Assembly (NCBI GenBank): GCA_029974275.1
Contig: JARKSN010000209.1
Location: 1 to 15,874 of the forward strand
Length of the DNA stretch: 15,874 bases
From: Candidatus Hydrogenedentota bacterium
GTDB taxonomy: Bacteria; Hydrogenedentota; Hydrogenedentia; Hydrogenedentales; SLHB01
Reading direction: 5' to 3'
Shown one piece after another: positions 15,442-15,874 of the stretch (position 1 is the stretch's first letter; the number at the start of each line of letters is the position of its first letter). The position numbers and the translations under genes are program-made. The notes beneath the pieces were generated by a model that was not told the origin of the DNA, did not search any database, and saw only the letters and a program-made list of their open reading frames with translations.

Positions 15442-15874
15442 CGCCATAACCGTCGAAACCCGTTCCCCCGAGCAAACCGAGCGCCTGGGTCGGCGGTTGG
15501 CGGCCCTGTTGCCGCAGGGGGCGGTCGTCGCGCTCTTCGGCGAATTGGCCAGCGGAAAAACCTGCCTCGTGCGTGGCATGGCGAGCCATGTCGCCCGCGA
15601 CGTTCCCGTGCACAGTCCCACGTTCACGATCGTGAACGAATACGGCGATGAGGAACGGCTGTATCATCTTGATCTCTATCGGTTGAGCGGACCGGAAGAA
15701 GCCGCGGGGATCGGGTGCGAGGAGCTTTTCGAACCCAACGGCGTGTGCGTGGTTGAATGGGCCGAGCGCGCTCAGGACCTGTTGCCGGCGCGCCGGGTGG
15801 ATGTTCTGCTGGAACATGCCGGCGAGGACCGCCGCCGTTTGATCGTTGTCAACCATGGCCTTCTGCCGCAGGGG
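15431..15874 (+). CDS. tsaE: tRNA threonylcarbamoyladenosine biosynthesis ATPase TsaE (truncated by window end)
   Basis: Manual translation MSPDAITVETRSPEQTERLGRRLA...LFGELASGKT...VHSPTFTIVNEY...LYHLDLYRL...VVEWAER. Overlaps the glgA end by 11 nt. Confidence 0.93.
   Translation, partial: MSPDAITVETRSPEQTERLGRRLAALLPQGAVVALFGELASGKTCLVRGMASHVARDVPVHSPTFTIVNEYGDEERLYHLDLYRLSGPEEAAGIGCEELFEPNGVCVVEWAERAQDLLPARRVDVLLEHAGEDRRRLIVVNHGLLPQG

Noticed and set aside
188..15856. Long alternative ORFs (e.g. 188-1186 -, 1038-2192 -, 2487-4472 +, 6075-7868 -, 8436-9386 -, 13972-15627 -, 15296-15856 -)
   Set aside because: They are antisense or frame shadows of well-supported genes in high-GC DNA, are Arg/Ala-rich and carry no recognisable motifs.
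1..15874. CRISPR array, transposase, integrase, rRNA or tRNA
   Set aside because: No regularly spaced direct repeats, no DDE or recombinase motifs and no rRNA/tRNA signatures were seen.

Overview
High-GC bacterial chromosomal window; the organism cannot be assigned from sequence alone, though the sugar-catabolic genes and C-terminal anchor style suggest Hydrogenedentota or a similar lineage. Left to right: (+) coupled cupin, sugar-phosphate isomerase-like TIM barrel and Gfo/Idh/MocA dehydrogenase genes; (-) a secreted parallel beta-helix protein and a secreted protein with Ca-binding DxDxDG repeats and a C-terminal sorting-like tail; (+) GH42 beta-galactosidase, a ~107-bp self-complementary element and a long insert-bearing glyA; (-) an ECF metal transporter MNQO with its own promoter and a NikR-type operator, so probably nickel; (+) glgA and a truncated tsaE. 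The most interesting part is the apparently empty 12.8-13.9 kb gap. It holds two small minus-strand transcription units, each with TTGACA-N17-TATAGT and its own terminator: a 30-aa Trp-rich membrane peptide gene and a ~190-240 nt end-paired structured RNA. Between them lie four NrdR-box-like operators (one a perfect palindrome), although no ribonucleotide reductase gene is in the window. A weaker plus-strand promoter there could make an RNA convergent with the peptide mRNA.
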